Shown: positions 9,557 through 21,049, numbered from the stretch's first letter. The stretch: 64,000 nucleotides of DNA from Actinomycetota bacterium (GCA_009377815.1 WHTI01000001.1:20357-84356), one strand, 5' to 3'. Numbers and translations: made by a program. Notes: generated by a model from the letters alone, not told the origin.

Positions 9557-10138
9557 TCAGGCCCCCTTGTTCTCCCGCTCCCACCGGCGTTCCGAGAGGT
9601 GATCGGCGATGCCGATCCCGGTGAACGGGAACATGGGGGCCGGTAGCAGGGCGACCGAGCCCAGTATCCGCACCAGTACGAAGGTATAGGCGGCCGCGGC
9701 GGTAACCGCGATGGCGCGTGCCCGCCAGTTGTGCGGCTCGTCGGATCTGAGGGCGACCACGCCTCCGGCTCCTACGCCGGCGACGATGCCGGTGACGCCG
9801 TCCGCCGTCAGCGCGGAGGCGATCATGCCGACCAGGATCGACAGGCCCATCGCCTTGAGCACGGCCCCCGGTGCCCGCGGGTGTTCGGACAGGAAGGCGA
9901 GAGCGATGAAGACGAACGGGATCAGCGCGAGACCGAGCGCGAGCGCCGCGCCGGGGGCCGGGGCATCGTCGACCTTCGAGTCGGCCGCGCCGGCTACCAG
10001 CCCGGCGAGGATCGACCAGTAGGCAGGCACGAGCAGCAACGTTGCGATGAGGATCGCTCGCCACTTCTTCTGGGGAGGCAGCGGTTCCATCCCGCCGGTG
10101 CCTCGTCCCGGTCGGGCCCCCGGTTTTCTGACCACCAC
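9557..10138 (-). CDS. hypothetical multi-pass membrane protein (last gene of the sugar ABC operon)
   Basis: Four or five hydrophobic helices. Lies 7 bp downstream of the MalG-like permease on the same strand. The start could instead be the internal ATG at 10090. Confidence 0.5.
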   Translation of the reverse strand: MVVRKPGARPGRGTGGMEPLPPQKKWRAILIATLLLVPAYWSILAGLVAGAADSKVDDAPAPGAALALGLALIPFVFIALAFLSEHPRAPGAVLKAMGLSILVGMIASALTADGVTGIVAGVGAGGVVALRSDEPHNWRARAIAVTAAAAYTFVLVRILGSVALLPAPMFPFTGIGIADHLSERRWERENKGA

Positions 10139-10144
10139 GATGCC

Positions 10145-11113
10145 TTAACCCTTGACTGAACCGGCGGTGAGGCCTCGAACGAAGTAGCGCTGCAGCGAGA
10201 AGAACACCGCCAGTGGAAGAGACATCGAGATGAAGGCCGCGGAGGTGAGGAGATGCCAGTTCTCGCCGCGCGAACCAACCAGGTCGGCCAGCGCGATGGT
10301 CAGCACTCGCACCTCCTGTGTCCCTCCGAGGAACACGTAAGCGACCAAGAAGTCGTTCCACACCCAGAGGAACTGGAAGATGCCGAACGCAGCCAGTGCC
10401 GGCACGGACAGCGGGATCACGAGCCGCCAGAAGATAGTGAAATGGTCGGCCCCGTCGATCTTCGCTGATTCGATGATCGAGGAAGGCAGGGAGCCGATGT
10501 AATTCCTGAGCAGATAGACGGCAAGCGGCAAGCCGAAGCCCGTGTGTGCCAGCCACACCGCCATAAACGTCCCGACGAGGTTCATATCCGGGATGATCTT
10601 CATCGTGCCGAGGCTCGCTCCTCCCGTGAACAGCTTGAGGATCGGGATCAGCGCCATCTGCAGCGGCACCACGAGAAGGCCGACCACCAGCACGAACATC
10701 AGATGCCGGCCGCGGAACTCCATCCAAGAGAACGCGTATGCCGCGAATGCGGCGATCGTGATCGGGATGATCGTGGACGGAACAGCGACGGCGACCGTGT
10801 TGAGGAAGGCATTGGCGAATCCTCCGGTGTCCAGTGCAAGACGGTAGTTCTCGACGGTCCACTGCCCATCTTCGAAGGGCTTCGTAAGAGCGGTCCACCA
10901 ACCGGTGGTGTCGACGAGCGTCTCGGGCCGGAAGGAACTGATCAGCACGCCCAGCGTAGGAATGATCCAGATCAGGACCACGACCAAGATGGTGATCCGA
11001 ACGAACCACCCGGTCTTCTTCTCACCCACTCCCTTCGAGTCGGGCGGCGCGACGCCGAACACTTCCTCCGTGGTGGCGCCAGGTTCGGCCGCGGGGATCG
11101 GTGCGCCGGTCAT
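10145..11113 (-). CDS. carbohydrate ABC transporter permease (MalG-like)
   Basis: EAA loop 'ESAKIDGADHFTIFWRLVIPLSVPAL'. Six TM pattern. 4-nt overlap with the upstream permease. Confidence 0.9.
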   Translation of the reverse strand: MTGAPIPAAEPGATTEEVFGVAPPDSKGVGEKKTGWFVRITILVVVLIWIIPTLGVLISSFRPETLVDTTGWWTALTKPFEDGQWTVENYRLALDTGGFANAFLNTVAVAVPSTIIPITIAAFAAYAFSWMEFRGRHLMFVLVVGLLVVPLQMALIPILKLFTGGASLGTMKIIPDMNLVGTFMAVWLAHTGFGLPLAVYLLRNYIGSLPSSIIESAKIDGADHFTIFWRLVIPLSVPALAAFGIFQFLWVWNDFLVAYVFLGGTQEVRVLTIALADLVGSRGENWHLLTSAAFISMSLPLAVFFSLQRYFVRGLTAGSVKG

Positions 11114-12258
11114 CGCGTTGCCTCCTGCTCCCGGAACCTACGGATGTTCCACACCATCACGGGGATGACGACGAGGAACAGGATCACCGCGATGGCACCA
11201 CCCCGGCCGTTGTTATCGAGGATGAAGAACCACTTGATCATCCGTTCTGCCATGACTTCTGTTCCTCCGGCATCGGGATTCCCCATGACGAAGACGATGT
11301 CGAAGACCTTCAGTGCGTTGATGACCATGTACGTCGTCACCACGACGATCGTCGGGAGGATCGACGGGATCAGGATGCGCCGGAACACCTGGAATTCAGA
11401 GGCCCCGTCGATCCGCGCTGCCTCGATGATCTCCTCGGGAACGGATTTGATCGCGGCCGAAAGAACGACCATGGCGAAACCGGTCTGCATCCAGACCAAG
11501 ATGACCATGAGTAAGAGGTTGTTCCACGGCTGTTGCTGGATCCAGGGAACCGGATCCTTGCCCAACCCGATCATGATCCCGTTCAGTAGCCCGATGTTCG
11601 TCCCGAAACCCTCGGGTCGGAAGCTGTACATGAATCTCCACACGACCGCAGCGCCGATGAACGAGATCGCCATCGGGAGGAAGATCATCGATTTGGCAAC
11701 CGCTTCGCCATGACGCAGGCGGTCGGCGAGAGTGGCAAAGACCAGGCCGATGCTCACGCCGAACAGCGGGACGATGATGATCCACCCGAGGGTATTTCGG
11801 ATCGACCGCAGCATGCTGGGATCGCTGAACACGAACTTGTAGTTCTCGAGGCCGACGAAGGTTTCGGAGCGCGCGTCCTTGAGGCTGATCACTATCGTGT
11901 TGATGACCGGGTAGATAAGGAACACGGACAGGATCACGATGGCGGGCCCGATGAACAGATACGGGCGCACGCCTTCCCGGAAGCGAGGTGGGAGCCAGTC
12001 GACCGCCCGGTTCATGGCCCAGTAGAGGAAGAAAACCCCGCCGCCGCCTACGAGGATGGCGACCAGCACGACCAACATCCGGTTGGCGTCCTGGTCGCGC
12101 AGATACTCGAGGGTGACCGAGAGCAGGAAGAACGCTGCGATCGGAACGGCTACGGCAAGGGCCAGCCGCAGAAGGGGCATGCCGGGACGTTCGGCCGAAG
12201 GCGTGCTTTCGGTGTGGGTCGCGTCCGGGTCCGGCTGCTCCTCGGTCGATAGGTTCAA
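11110..12258 (-). CDS. carbohydrate ABC transporter permease (MalF-like)
   Basis: EAA loop 'EAARIDGASEFQVFRRILIPSILPTI'. Multi-TM. Confidence 0.9.
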   Translation of the reverse strand: MNLSTEEQPDPDATHTESTPSAERPGMPLLRLALAVAVPIAAFFLLSVTLEYLRDQDANRMLVVLVAILVGGGGVFFLYWAMNRAVDWLPPRFREGVRPYLFIGPAIVILSVFLIYPVINTIVISLKDARSETFVGLENYKFVFSDPSMLRSIRNTLGWIIIVPLFGVSIGLVFATLADRLRHGEAVAKSMIFLPMAISFIGAAVVWRFMYSFRPEGFGTNIGLLNGIMIGLGKDPVPWIQQQPWNNLLLMVILVWMQTGFAMVVLSAAIKSVPEEIIEAARIDGASEFQVFRRILIPSILPTIVVVTTYMVINALKVFDIVFVMGNPDAGGTEVMAERMIKWFFILDNNGRGGAIAVILFLVVIPVMVWNIRRFREQEATR

Positions 12259-12354
12259 ACCCCGTGCCCCCCTTCACGCTTAGAACAACTCGGTAGTGCG
12301 GGAGCGGCCGCCGAAGCGGCCGCTCCCTTAGAACCGTTCGCTAGTCGACCTTGG

Positions 12355-13671
12355 TTACTCCGCCGGCCAGCTGGCTTCGATCTCGTCCAGGACACCCTGC
12401 AACGAGTCCGGGCCATTCTGCATGTACTTCACCATGCCGGTCCAGAAGCTTCCGGCACCGACCGCCGACGGCATCATGTCGGATGCGTCGAATCGTCCGG
12501 TGTCGTTGGCCAGTGCGTCCGTGAGGACCGCCGACGCGTCCGCAAGGATCGAGTTGGCGTAACAGTCCGGTCCGACATCGATGTTCGGAGAGATGCGAGA
12601 GGTCGCAGTGATTCCACCCTGCGCACACTGCAGCTCCTCGCCGGCGAACGCCTCGACGAACTCCTTGACCTCAGGTGCGTCCCTGAAGATCACGGACAGC
12701 TCGCCCGCGAACAGGGTCCCTTCCTGATCGATCGGAGGCAGCGGGAACCAGTCGTAGTCCACGCCTGATTCGGTGCCCTCGGGGAAGAACGCGTTGATGA
12801 AGCTGGCCTGACGGTGCAGCCAGCACTTCGGTGGGTCATCGAACATCGGGCCCGGCGCGTCGCCGAAGTTGATGGCGACCGTCTGGTCCGCTCCCCCGAG
12901 GACGTATCCGTCGGCGAACATCACGTCACCGAAGGTCTCGGCAGCCGTTACGACCGCAGGGTCGTTGAACGGGATCGCATGCGTGACCCACTGGTCGTAA
13001 ACATCTGCACCGGCGGTGCGAAGCATGATGTCTTCCATCCAGTCCGTCGCCGGCCAGCCGGTGGCGGTGTCGCTCTCGAAGCCGACGCACCACGGGGTGC
13101 TGCCGTCGGCAAGGATCTGGTCACTCAGAGCCAGGAGCTCGTCCCACGTCGTGGGAACCGTGTAGCCCGCTTCGTCGAAGGCGGCCTTCGGGTACCAGAC
13201 CATGCTCTTGAGGTTGATGTTGGTCGGCACGCCGTAGTGCTCGCCCTCGAACTCACCGAGAGACATGAAGTACTCGCCGAACTGAGCTTCCATCGCGCCG
13301 ACGTCCATGCCCAGATCCTCGAGCGAAACTGCGTCGCCCGAGCGAGCGAGTTCGATGACGGCACCCGGCTGCGGATACATCATCACGTCTGGTGGGTTCC
13401 CGCCCTCGATCCGGATCTTCGCCTGCGCTTCGAAGTCTCCCGAGGTCTCGATCGTCGCCTGGTACTCAGCGTCGGCGTTGATCAACTCCTCGATGATCCC
13501 CTGAAGGGCTTCTCCTTCTTCGGGCTCCATGGCGTTGAAGACACTGACGGTTCCGGTGTTGGCAGAGCTTTCGTCATCCCCGCCGCCACCCCCGCCATTG
13601 TCATCATCGCCGCCGCAAGCCGCGCCCAAAAGGACAACGGCAAGCAGAAGCCCCATGATCTTAAAACGCAT
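12355..13671 (-). CDS. sugar ABC transporter substrate-binding lipoprotein
   Basis: Start moved to the ATG at 13671, which is preceded by GGGAGGAACC. Lipobox 'LLGAAC|GGDDD' followed by a Gly/Asp-rich linker. Family-1 solute-binding protein length. Confidence 0.9.
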   Translation of the reverse strand: MRFKIMGLLLAVVLLGAACGGDDDNGGGGGGDDESSANTGTVSVFNAMEPEEGEALQGIIEELINADAEYQATIETSGDFEAQAKIRIEGGNPPDVMMYPQPGAVIELARSGDAVSLEDLGMDVGAMEAQFGEYFMSLGEFEGEHYGVPTNINLKSMVWYPKAAFDEAGYTVPTTWDELLALSDQILADGSTPWCVGFESDTATGWPATDWMEDIMLRTAGADVYDQWVTHAIPFNDPAVVTAAETFGDVMFADGYVLGGADQTVAINFGDAPGPMFDDPPKCWLHRQASFINAFFPEGTESGVDYDWFPLPPIDQEGTLFAGELSVIFRDAPEVKEFVEAFAGEELQCAQGGITATSRISPNIDVGPDCYANSILADASAVLTDALANDTGRFDASDMMPSAVGAGSFWTGMVKYMQNGPDSLQGVLDEIEASWPAE

Positions 13672-13761
13672 GGTTCCTCCCTTTTCGTGCTCGAATTCAC
13701 CAACTCTTGGACTAAACGTCCCCCGGCCCCCTAGGAGATTCAAGGTCCATGTGGCCCTTGA

Positions 13762-14985
<1,224 letters not shown>

Positions 14986-15097
14986 ATGTCTCCCCGTCCC
15001 ATCGCTTGAATGGAGATTTGATACTCACCCAGACCGAGCAGTATCGCAAGTTGCCCTGCTTGTATGCTCGGAACAGAACCTCTCGCAAAGGAAAGCC

Positions 15098-17545
15098 CTG
15101 ACGCGTTTCGGAAGTTTCGACGACGAGGCCCGCGAATATGTGATCTCGCGCCCTGATACGCCGCTTCCCTGGATCAACTTCCTCGGGAGCGAGGACTTCT
15201 TCGGCCTCATCTCCAACACGGCCGGTGGATACTCCTTCTTTCGCGACGCGCGATTGCGACGACTCACCCGATATCGGTACAACACTCCCTCTCAGGACGG
15301 CGGCGGTCGCTACTTGTACGTCCGTGACGCCGATGGCGACTGCTGGTCACCCGCCTGGCAGCCGATGCGCCGCGAGTTAGAGGACTACCGCTGTCGCCAT
15401 GGCCTCGGTTACACCTCGATCGGAGCGAGCCGCGGTGGGATCGAGGCCGAGACCCTCTATCTCGTGCCGTTGGGAGAGACCCTCGAGATCTGGCACACGA
15501 CGGTGACCAATCACCGTGACCAGGCGGCTTCGATCAGCCTGTTCGGTGCGGTCGAGTTCTGCCTCTGGGACGCCTGGGATGACCAGACCAACTTCCAGCG
15601 AAACCTCTCGATCGGCGAGGTCGAGGTGGCCGGCGGGGTCATCTTTCACAAGACCGAGTACCGGGAACGCCGGGACCACTTCGCCTACCTCGCCTGTTCC
15701 GAGGAGACGGTCGGGTTCGACACCCAGCGGGAGGATTTCCTCGGCCCCTACCGGGGATGGGACCGGCCCCTGGCCGTCGAGGCCGGGCGCTGCACGGACT
15801 CGATCGCCCACGGCTGGTCGCCGATCGGGGCCCACCAGGTCGACCTGACCCTCGAGCCGGGAGAGACTCGCACCGTCAACTTCGTCCTTGGTTACTGGGC
15901 CAACCCGGCGGCTTCGAAGTTCGATCCGCCCGATTCCCAGACCATCAACAAGGAGCTCGTCCGGCCCGTCATCGACCGCTACCTGCGCGATGAAGAGATC
16001 GAGGCAGCCCGAGGACGCCTGGCCGACCACTGGTCGGCGTTGCTCGGTGGGCTCCAGGTATCGATCCCGAACGAGCACGCCAACCGAATGGTGAACATCT
16101 GGAATGCGTACCAGTGCATGGTCACCTTCAACCTTTCACGCTCGGCGTCTTTCTTCGAGTCGGGAGTAGGGCGGGGGATGGGGTTCCGCGATTCGAACCA
16201 GGATCTTCTGGGTTTCGTCCACATGATCCCGGAGCGTGCGCGGGAACGGATCCTCGACATCAGCGCGACACAGTTGCCTACCGGTGGCGCGTGGCATCAG
16301 TACCAACCCTTGACGAAACGAGGCAACGACGCGGTCGGTTCGGGCTTCAACGACGATCCGCACTGGTTGATCCTTGCGGTCATCGCGTACCTGAAGGAAA
16401 CAGGAGATCACGGGATCCTCGACGAGCTCGTGCCCTATGACAACGAAGCGGGTTCGGAGACTCTTCTTTACGAGCACCTGCAGCGAGCGCTGCGCTACAC
16501 GATCGATCGACTAGGTCCACACGGACTGCCACTGATAGGTCGCGCCGACTGGAACGACTGTTTGAACCTCAACGTCTTCTCGGAGACGCCGGGTGACTCT
16601 TTCCAAACCGCGGAGAACCGCGCCGGAGGCGTCGCCGAATCCGTCTTCATCGCGGGTCTCTTTGTGCTCACTTCGGATGAGATGGCTAATCTCGCCGAGC
16701 GACGCGGGCATCCGGACGAAGCGGAGGACTATCGTCTCGAGCGCAAGAAGATGATCGCGGCGGTGAACGAGTACGGATGGGACGGCGCCTGGTTCCGGCG
16801 GGCCTACGACTACTACGGCGACGTGATCGGCTCGGCAAGCAATGAAGAAGGCAAGATCTATGTCGAGTCGCAGGGCATCTGCATCCTGGCCGGTCTCGGC
16901 CTCGAGGACGGGAAAGCGGAGCGCGCACTGGCGTCGGTGGCCGAGCATCTCGCGACGCCCCATGGGATCGTCCTTCACCAGCCGGCGTACACGAGGTACT
17001 ACCTCGAACTCGGGGAGATGGGGTCCTATCCGCCTGGATACAAGGAGAACGCCGGAATCTTCTGCCACACGAACCCGTGGGTCATGATCGCCGAAACATT
17101 GGCGGGGAACGACGATCGGGCGTTCGACTACTACCTGCGGATCAATCCCTCGGCCCGTGAAGAGATCAGCGACGTGCACCGCTGCGAGCCCTACGTCTAC
17201 GCGCAGATGATCGCCGGCAAGGACGCGGCCGCCCCCGGGGAAGCCAAAAACTCGTGGCTGTCCGGTTCGGCGGCGTGGAACTTCGTCGCGATCACGCAGC
17301 ACATCCTCGGGATCATACCGGAGTACGACGGACTGCGGATCGATCCCCACGTTCCCACCGATTGGGGCGACTTCCATATGACCCGGAGGTTCCGAGGCGC
17401 CACCTACGAGATCAACGTCACCAAGCCTCAGGGGGCCCGGGCGCGGGCCACAAAGATCGTCGTGGACGGCCGCCCGATCGACGGAAACCTGGTCCCCCAG
17501 GCCCCCGCGGGCTCGACCGTCCGAGTTGAGGTTTCTGCCGGATAG
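15098..17545 (+). CDS. GH94 disaccharide phosphorylase (cellobiose/chitobiose-phosphorylase family)
   Basis: 'RPDTPLPWINFLG' and overall length fit GH94. The conserved N-terminus 'xxRFGSFDDEAREYVI' is encoded upstream of the first canonical start (GTG 15140). I therefore place the start at CTG 15098, 5 nt after AAGGA (15088-15092). The frame is open back to at least 15002. Confidence 0.8.
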   Translation: MTRFGSFDDEAREYVISRPDTPLPWINFLGSEDFFGLISNTAGGYSFFRDARLRRLTRYRYNTPSQDGGGRYLYVRDADGDCWSPAWQPMRRELEDYRCRHGLGYTSIGASRGGIEAETLYLVPLGETLEIWHTTVTNHRDQAASISLFGAVEFCLWDAWDDQTNFQRNLSIGEVEVAGGVIFHKTEYRERRDHFAYLACSEETVGFDTQREDFLGPYRGWDRPLAVEAGRCTDSIAHGWSPIGAHQVDLTLEPGETRTVNFVLGYWANPAASKFDPPDSQTINKELVRPVIDRYLRDEEIEAARGRLADHWSALLGGLQVSIPNEHANRMVNIWNAYQCMVTFNLSRSASFFESGVGRGMGFRDSNQDLLGFVHMIPERARERILDISATQLPTGGAWHQYQPLTKRGNDAVGSGFNDDPHWLILAVIAYLKETGDHGILDELVPYDNEAGSETLLYEHLQRALRYTIDRLGPHGLPLIGRADWNDCLNLNVFSETPGDSFQTAENRAGGVAESVFIAGLFVLTSDEMANLAERRGHPDEAEDYRLERKKMIAAVNEYGWDGAWFRRAYDYYGDVIGSASNEEGKIYVESQGICILAGLGLEDGKAERALASVAEHLATPHGIVLHQPAYTRYYLELGEMGSYPPGYKENAGIFCHTNPWVMIAETLAGNDDRAFDYYLRINPSAREEISDVHRCEPYVYAQMIAGKDAAAPGEAKNSWLSGSAAWNFVAITQHILGIIPEYDGLRIDPHVPTDWGDFHMTRRFRGATYEINVTKPQGARARATKIVVDGRPIDGNLVPQAPAGSTVRVEVSAG

Positions 17546-17577
17546 GTCCGCTACTGGGGAAGTAAGTAGTTCTGACG

Positions 17578-17976
17578 ATGTACTCCCGCCTCGGGAAGAC
17601 CGATAACAGGGGCATGAACCGTCCCGTGGTGCTGATCATCGAAGACGATCCTTCGATGCAGGAGATCATGGCCGCCATGTTCGAAGACCATGGCGGCTTC
17701 CGCATCGGAGGCGTCGGCCAGAACGGCTTCGAAGGAGCCATGCTCGCCTGCGATCTCGAACCCGACCTCGTCGTCCTCGATTACTGCATGCCGCGCTGGG
17801 ACGGTGACCGCACCGCGATCTTCATCCGCGAGCAGTGTCCCGGCCTCAAGATCATCGCCTTCTCCGCGGCTCTCCAGACGTGCCCCGAGTGGGCCGACGA
17901 TTTCCTCGACAAGACCCGGATCGAGGATCTGGTTCCTCTGGCCGAGCACCTCTGCGCCGCAGCTCTTAGCCGCTGA
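17578..17976 (+). CDS. stand-alone response-regulator receiver (CheY-like)
   Basis: 'VVLIIEDDPSM' acidic pocket, phospho-acceptor 'LVVLDYCMP', 'IIAFSA' and 'FLDK' Lys are all present. There is no output domain and no kinase nearby. The start could be the ATG at 17614. Confidence 0.75.
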   Translation: MYSRLGKTDNRGMNRPVVLIIEDDPSMQEIMAAMFEDHGGFRIGGVGQNGFEGAMLACDLEPDLVVLDYCMPRWDGDRTAIFIREQCPGLKIIAFSAALQTCPEWADDFLDKTRIEDLVPLAEHLCAAALSR

Positions 17977-17994
17977 ACCTAGTGCGGCGGCACC

Positions 17995-19155
17995 CTAGAG
18001 GCGTTCGATGATGATGGCCATGCCCTGGCCCCCGCCGACGCACATCGTCTCGAGCCCGAAGGTCTTGTCGGTGTCCCGGAGCTGGTTGATGAGGGTCCCC
18101 ATGATGCGAGCTCCGGTCATCCCGTATGGATGACCGATCGCGATCGCCCCACCGTTCGGATTGAAGCGGTCGTCGAACGGATCCATCCCGACCTCACGGC
18201 ACACGGGGATGACCTGAGCGGCGAAGGCTTCGTTGAGTTCCATGACATCGATGTCGCCGATCGACATGCCGGTCTGCTTGAGGACTCTCCGTACCGCCTC
18301 GATCGGTCCGACGCCCATGATCTCCGGCTCGATCCCCGAGACCGACGACGCGACGATACGAGCCAGGGGAGTGACGCCGAGCTGCTCGGCGCGCTCGGCG
18401 CTCATCACGACCACCGCGGCGGCACCGTCGTTGAGGGGGCACGAGTTCCCGGCGGTCACGACACCGCTGGGGTCGAATGCCGGCGCCAGCGTCTGTAGCT
18501 TCTCGAAGCTCGACGAGGCACGCGGGCCGTCGTCCTTCTCAACCACGGTCCCTTCCGAGTTCGTAAACGGAGAGATCTCCCAGTCGAAGAACCCGCGCTC
18601 CTGCGCCGCAACCGCGCGTTCCTGGCTGCGCTGCGCGAAGCGATCCATCTCGTCGCGCTCGACGCCGTACTTCTTGGCGACGTTCTCCGCGGTCATGCCC
18701 ATCGGGATGTAGACGTTCGCGATCGGTGCGTCGTCGCCGAACAGGCTCGGATGGAGTTCTTCCATGTCCTTGGGGTAGCCGTCGACCTGGCTGATCGACT
18801 CGACACCACCGGAAACGAACACGTCGCCCTCGCCGGCCTTGATCGCGTGGAACGCCATGCGGATCGTTTGCGTGGACGACGCGCAGAAGCGGTTCACGGT
18901 CGTGCCGGGAACGTGTTGCGGGAGTTCGGCAAGAAGGGCGGCTCGACGCCCGAGGTTCATGCCCTGCTTCGCCTCGGGAAAGCCGCATCCGATCATGACG
19001 TCGACGACCTCACCGGGATCGACCTCGGGGACCTTCGCAAGGGCTTCCTTGATCGCGAACGCCATGAGGTCATCGGGCCGGTCGCCTACGAGGGAGCCCT
19101 TCTTGGCTCGTCCCACCGGCGTGCGGGCAACGGAAACGATCACTGCTTCGGCCAT
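17995..19155 (-). CDS. acetyl-CoA C-acetyltransferase (thiolase II)
   Basis: 'VNRFCASS' active-site Cys region, 'NEAFAAQ', 'NPNGGAIAIGHPYGMTGAR' and C-terminal 'CVGGGQGMA'. Confidence 0.9.
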   Translation of the reverse strand: MAEAVIVSVARTPVGRAKKGSLVGDRPDDLMAFAIKEALAKVPEVDPGEVVDVMIGCGFPEAKQGMNLGRRAALLAELPQHVPGTTVNRFCASSTQTIRMAFHAIKAGEGDVFVSGGVESISQVDGYPKDMEELHPSLFGDDAPIANVYIPMGMTAENVAKKYGVERDEMDRFAQRSQERAVAAQERGFFDWEISPFTNSEGTVVEKDDGPRASSSFEKLQTLAPAFDPSGVVTAGNSCPLNDGAAAVVVMSAERAEQLGVTPLARIVASSVSGIEPEIMGVGPIEAVRRVLKQTGMSIGDIDVMELNEAFAAQVIPVCREVGMDPFDDRFNPNGGAIAIGHPYGMTGARIMGTLINQLRDTDKTFGLETMCVGGGQGMAIIIERL

Positions 19156-19230
19156 CTCGAGGCTCCTTCCTAACGGCCCTTACGGCCGGGTCACCGTGGA
19201 GCGAGCGAGCCTAACTGGTTGCATCGGTAA

Positions 19231-19250
19231 CCGGTCGTCTCGACGACCGG
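19231..19250 (-). terminator. stem-loop downstream of the DivIVA-like gene
   Basis: Perfect 8-bp stem CCGGTCGT/ACGACCGG with a 4-nt loop. No clear U-tract. Confidence 0.3.
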
Positions 19251-19266
19251 CCCGGAGAGGTGGGCC

Positions 19267-19992
19267 TCAGACACGAGCGTCCGCCATCGGAGCGAGGTCC
19301 TCATCGACCTTCTCCACGAGGTCCTCGAGGATGTGCTTCGAGGAGGCGAGTCGATCGATGAGTGCCCGTGTCTTGGTCCGGACCTCATCGGCTTCTTCGA
19401 ATGCGACCCGGGTGATGCTTACGGCCTCCTCACCGGCGGCGGCGAGTTGCTCTTTGGCCTGGAGCCGGGCTTCCGCGGTCATACGCTCGGCCGCGTTCAA
19501 GGCGCTCGTACGCACCTCCTCGGCCTCCCGGCGCGCATCGGTAGTGCGGGACTCCGCTTCCCTGGCCGCGTCATCGCGCACCTTGTTGGCGGTCGTCTCC
19601 GCGTTCTCGAGCATGCGGGCGATCTCGGTCCCGTAAGCCTTCATCAGCCGCTCACTCTCGGGTCGTTCGAGTTCCGCGGTCAGCTCGGCGACCGTGTCGT
19701 CCCGCCGGGCGATCTCGGCCAGTAACCGGTCGCGCTCGGCGACGAAGCCATCCCTGAGATCGAGTGTGCGTTGTTCGAGGCGGTCGACATTCGCCACGAG
19801 ATCGGAGGCGCGCCCGTCGCGATCGTCGATCTCGTCGGCGACGTGACGAAGGAAGTCCTGGACCTCCTCGCGCGCGAAGCCCCGCATCGCGTAGGGGAAG
19901 TCCCGTGCGGCGACCTCGTCACCGGTGAGGTACGGGTCGGGTTCGGACTCGACGAAAACGGGCTGCGTCACATCGATCTCGTTCGTGCTCAC
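19267..19992 (-). CDS. DivIVA domain-containing protein
   Basis: Start set to GTG 19992, preceded by GGAGGAGG. 'LTGDEVAARDFPYAMRGFAREEVQDFLRHV' matches the DivIVA N-terminal motif. The rest is coiled-coil-like, rich in Ala, Glu and Arg. Confidence 0.7.
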   Translation of the reverse strand: MSTNEIDVTQPVFVESEPDPYLTGDEVAARDFPYAMRGFAREEVQDFLRHVADEIDDRDGRASDLVANVDRLEQRTLDLRDGFVAERDRLLAEIARRDDTVAELTAELERPESERLMKAYGTEIARMLENAETTANKVRDDAAREAESRTTDARREAEEVRTSALNAAERMTAEARLQAKEQLAAAGEEAVSITRVAFEEADEVRTKTRALIDRLASSKHILEDLVEKVDEDLAPMADARV

Positions 19993-20065
19993 GTGAGCCT
20001 CCTCCGTATCGGCTGCAGCACAACGATTCTGCCACGTCCGATACACCCCTTTTGCCGGGAACCGT

Positions 20066-21049
20066 CTACGGGACCTCGATGCGCCTGACGCCCCCCATGA
20101 TGGGACCCCCGACGAACGGGTAGTAGGAGCCGCCCCAGTCGAACTCCGCATGGAAGCCGACGCCCGAGAACTCTCCATCGCGGTAGTGATAGGTGGTCCC
20201 GCATTCCCCCGGGCTGGTCGTGCCAGCGGCAGTCGCCGAGAACGAGAACTCACCCTCCAGGTCGGGCTCGGCCCCGGTCCCGGTCGTGTCGACGCTTCCA
20301 CTACTCAGGTCGTCGGCCAACTGGACCGCGCTCCCGGGCACCTTAGCCGTCACGCGGTGAGTAAGGCTCGTATTCGGGGTCACCTGATCGATCATGAGGA
20401 GACTTACCCGGGCCTTGCCCTTCGATTTCCTGGCGTCGATGACGAAGTCGTTGCCGCTGACGGCCATCACGCGTTGGACTTCGGGGCACTCGGGATCGAC
20501 CGGCTGGCATTGGAAGTTCGCGCTGGTCGCGGTCAGCTTCGCCTTGATCTTGCGGATCTTGATAGTGCCGAAGGGATCGCTGCCGGTCTTGAACTTGAGG
20601 ATCCCCGAGAGTTCATGCTCGACCGAGTACTTCTTGCCGCTGCAACCCTCGATCTTCCGCTCGTTAACGGCACTGGCCGGTACCTTGCTCGATAGCATCG
20701 CCTTGCCGAATCCGCCGTCGAAGGGCATTTCGATCGTGACCTTCCTCAGGGAGTCACTGATCTTCACAGCCCCCTTTTCTCCGCGGAAGTCCCCGGAGTG
20801 AACCTGCGGGGCGTTGTCCAGCTGAAGGTGGAGGACCGACCCATTGCTCTTGTACGCGAAGCCGGACAGTTTGTAGCCGCCCCCTACCCTGACCGACTTT
20901 AGATCGAGGGATCGGTTGACGGTCTTGGTCGCCGCTCCTCCCGCGTCGGAGCGCTCGATCCCGGCGAGTGCCGGCGCTGCCGGTGCGAGACCCGCGAGCA
21001 GCAAGGTCGTCAGTACTGCCGCGATGCGTCTGGGTCCGCTTCTTCCCAC
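20066..21049 (-). CDS. secreted hypothetical protein
   Basis: Start set to GTG 21049, about 8 nt downstream of GGGAGG. Signal peptide 'RRIAAVLTTLLLAGLAPAAPALA'. I recognise no motif. Confidence 0.55.
   Translation of the reverse strand: MGRSGPRRIAAVLTTLLLAGLAPAAPALAGIERSDAGGAATKTVNRSLDLKSVRVGGGYKLSGFAYKSNGSVLHLQLDNAPQVHSGDFRGEKGAVKISDSLRKVTIEMPFDGGFGKAMLSSKVPASAVNERKIEGCSGKKYSVEHELSGILKFKTGSDPFGTIKIRKIKAKLTATSANFQCQPVDPECPEVQRVMAVSGNDFVIDARKSKGKARVSLLMIDQVTPNTSLTHRVTAKVPGSAVQLADDLSSGSVDTTGTGAEPDLEGEFSFSATAAGTTSPGECGTTYHYRDGEFSGVGFHAEFDWGGSYYPFVGGPIMGGVRRIEVP

Noticed and set aside
14986-15097. Searched the divergent msiK/GH94 intergenic region for a LacI/ROK-type palindromic operator. Found CGAGCA-N24-TGCTCG at about 15034-15069.
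   Set aside because: Only 6-bp arms with a 24-bp spacer. It does not resemble known operator geometry, and no regulator gene is adjacent.
17578-17976. Considered whether the orphan receiver next to the GH94 gene forms a two-component system with a neighbour.
   Set aside because: There is no histidine kinase, HTH output or anti-sigma component within several kb. Adjacency to the thiolase and GH94 genes gives no functional link.
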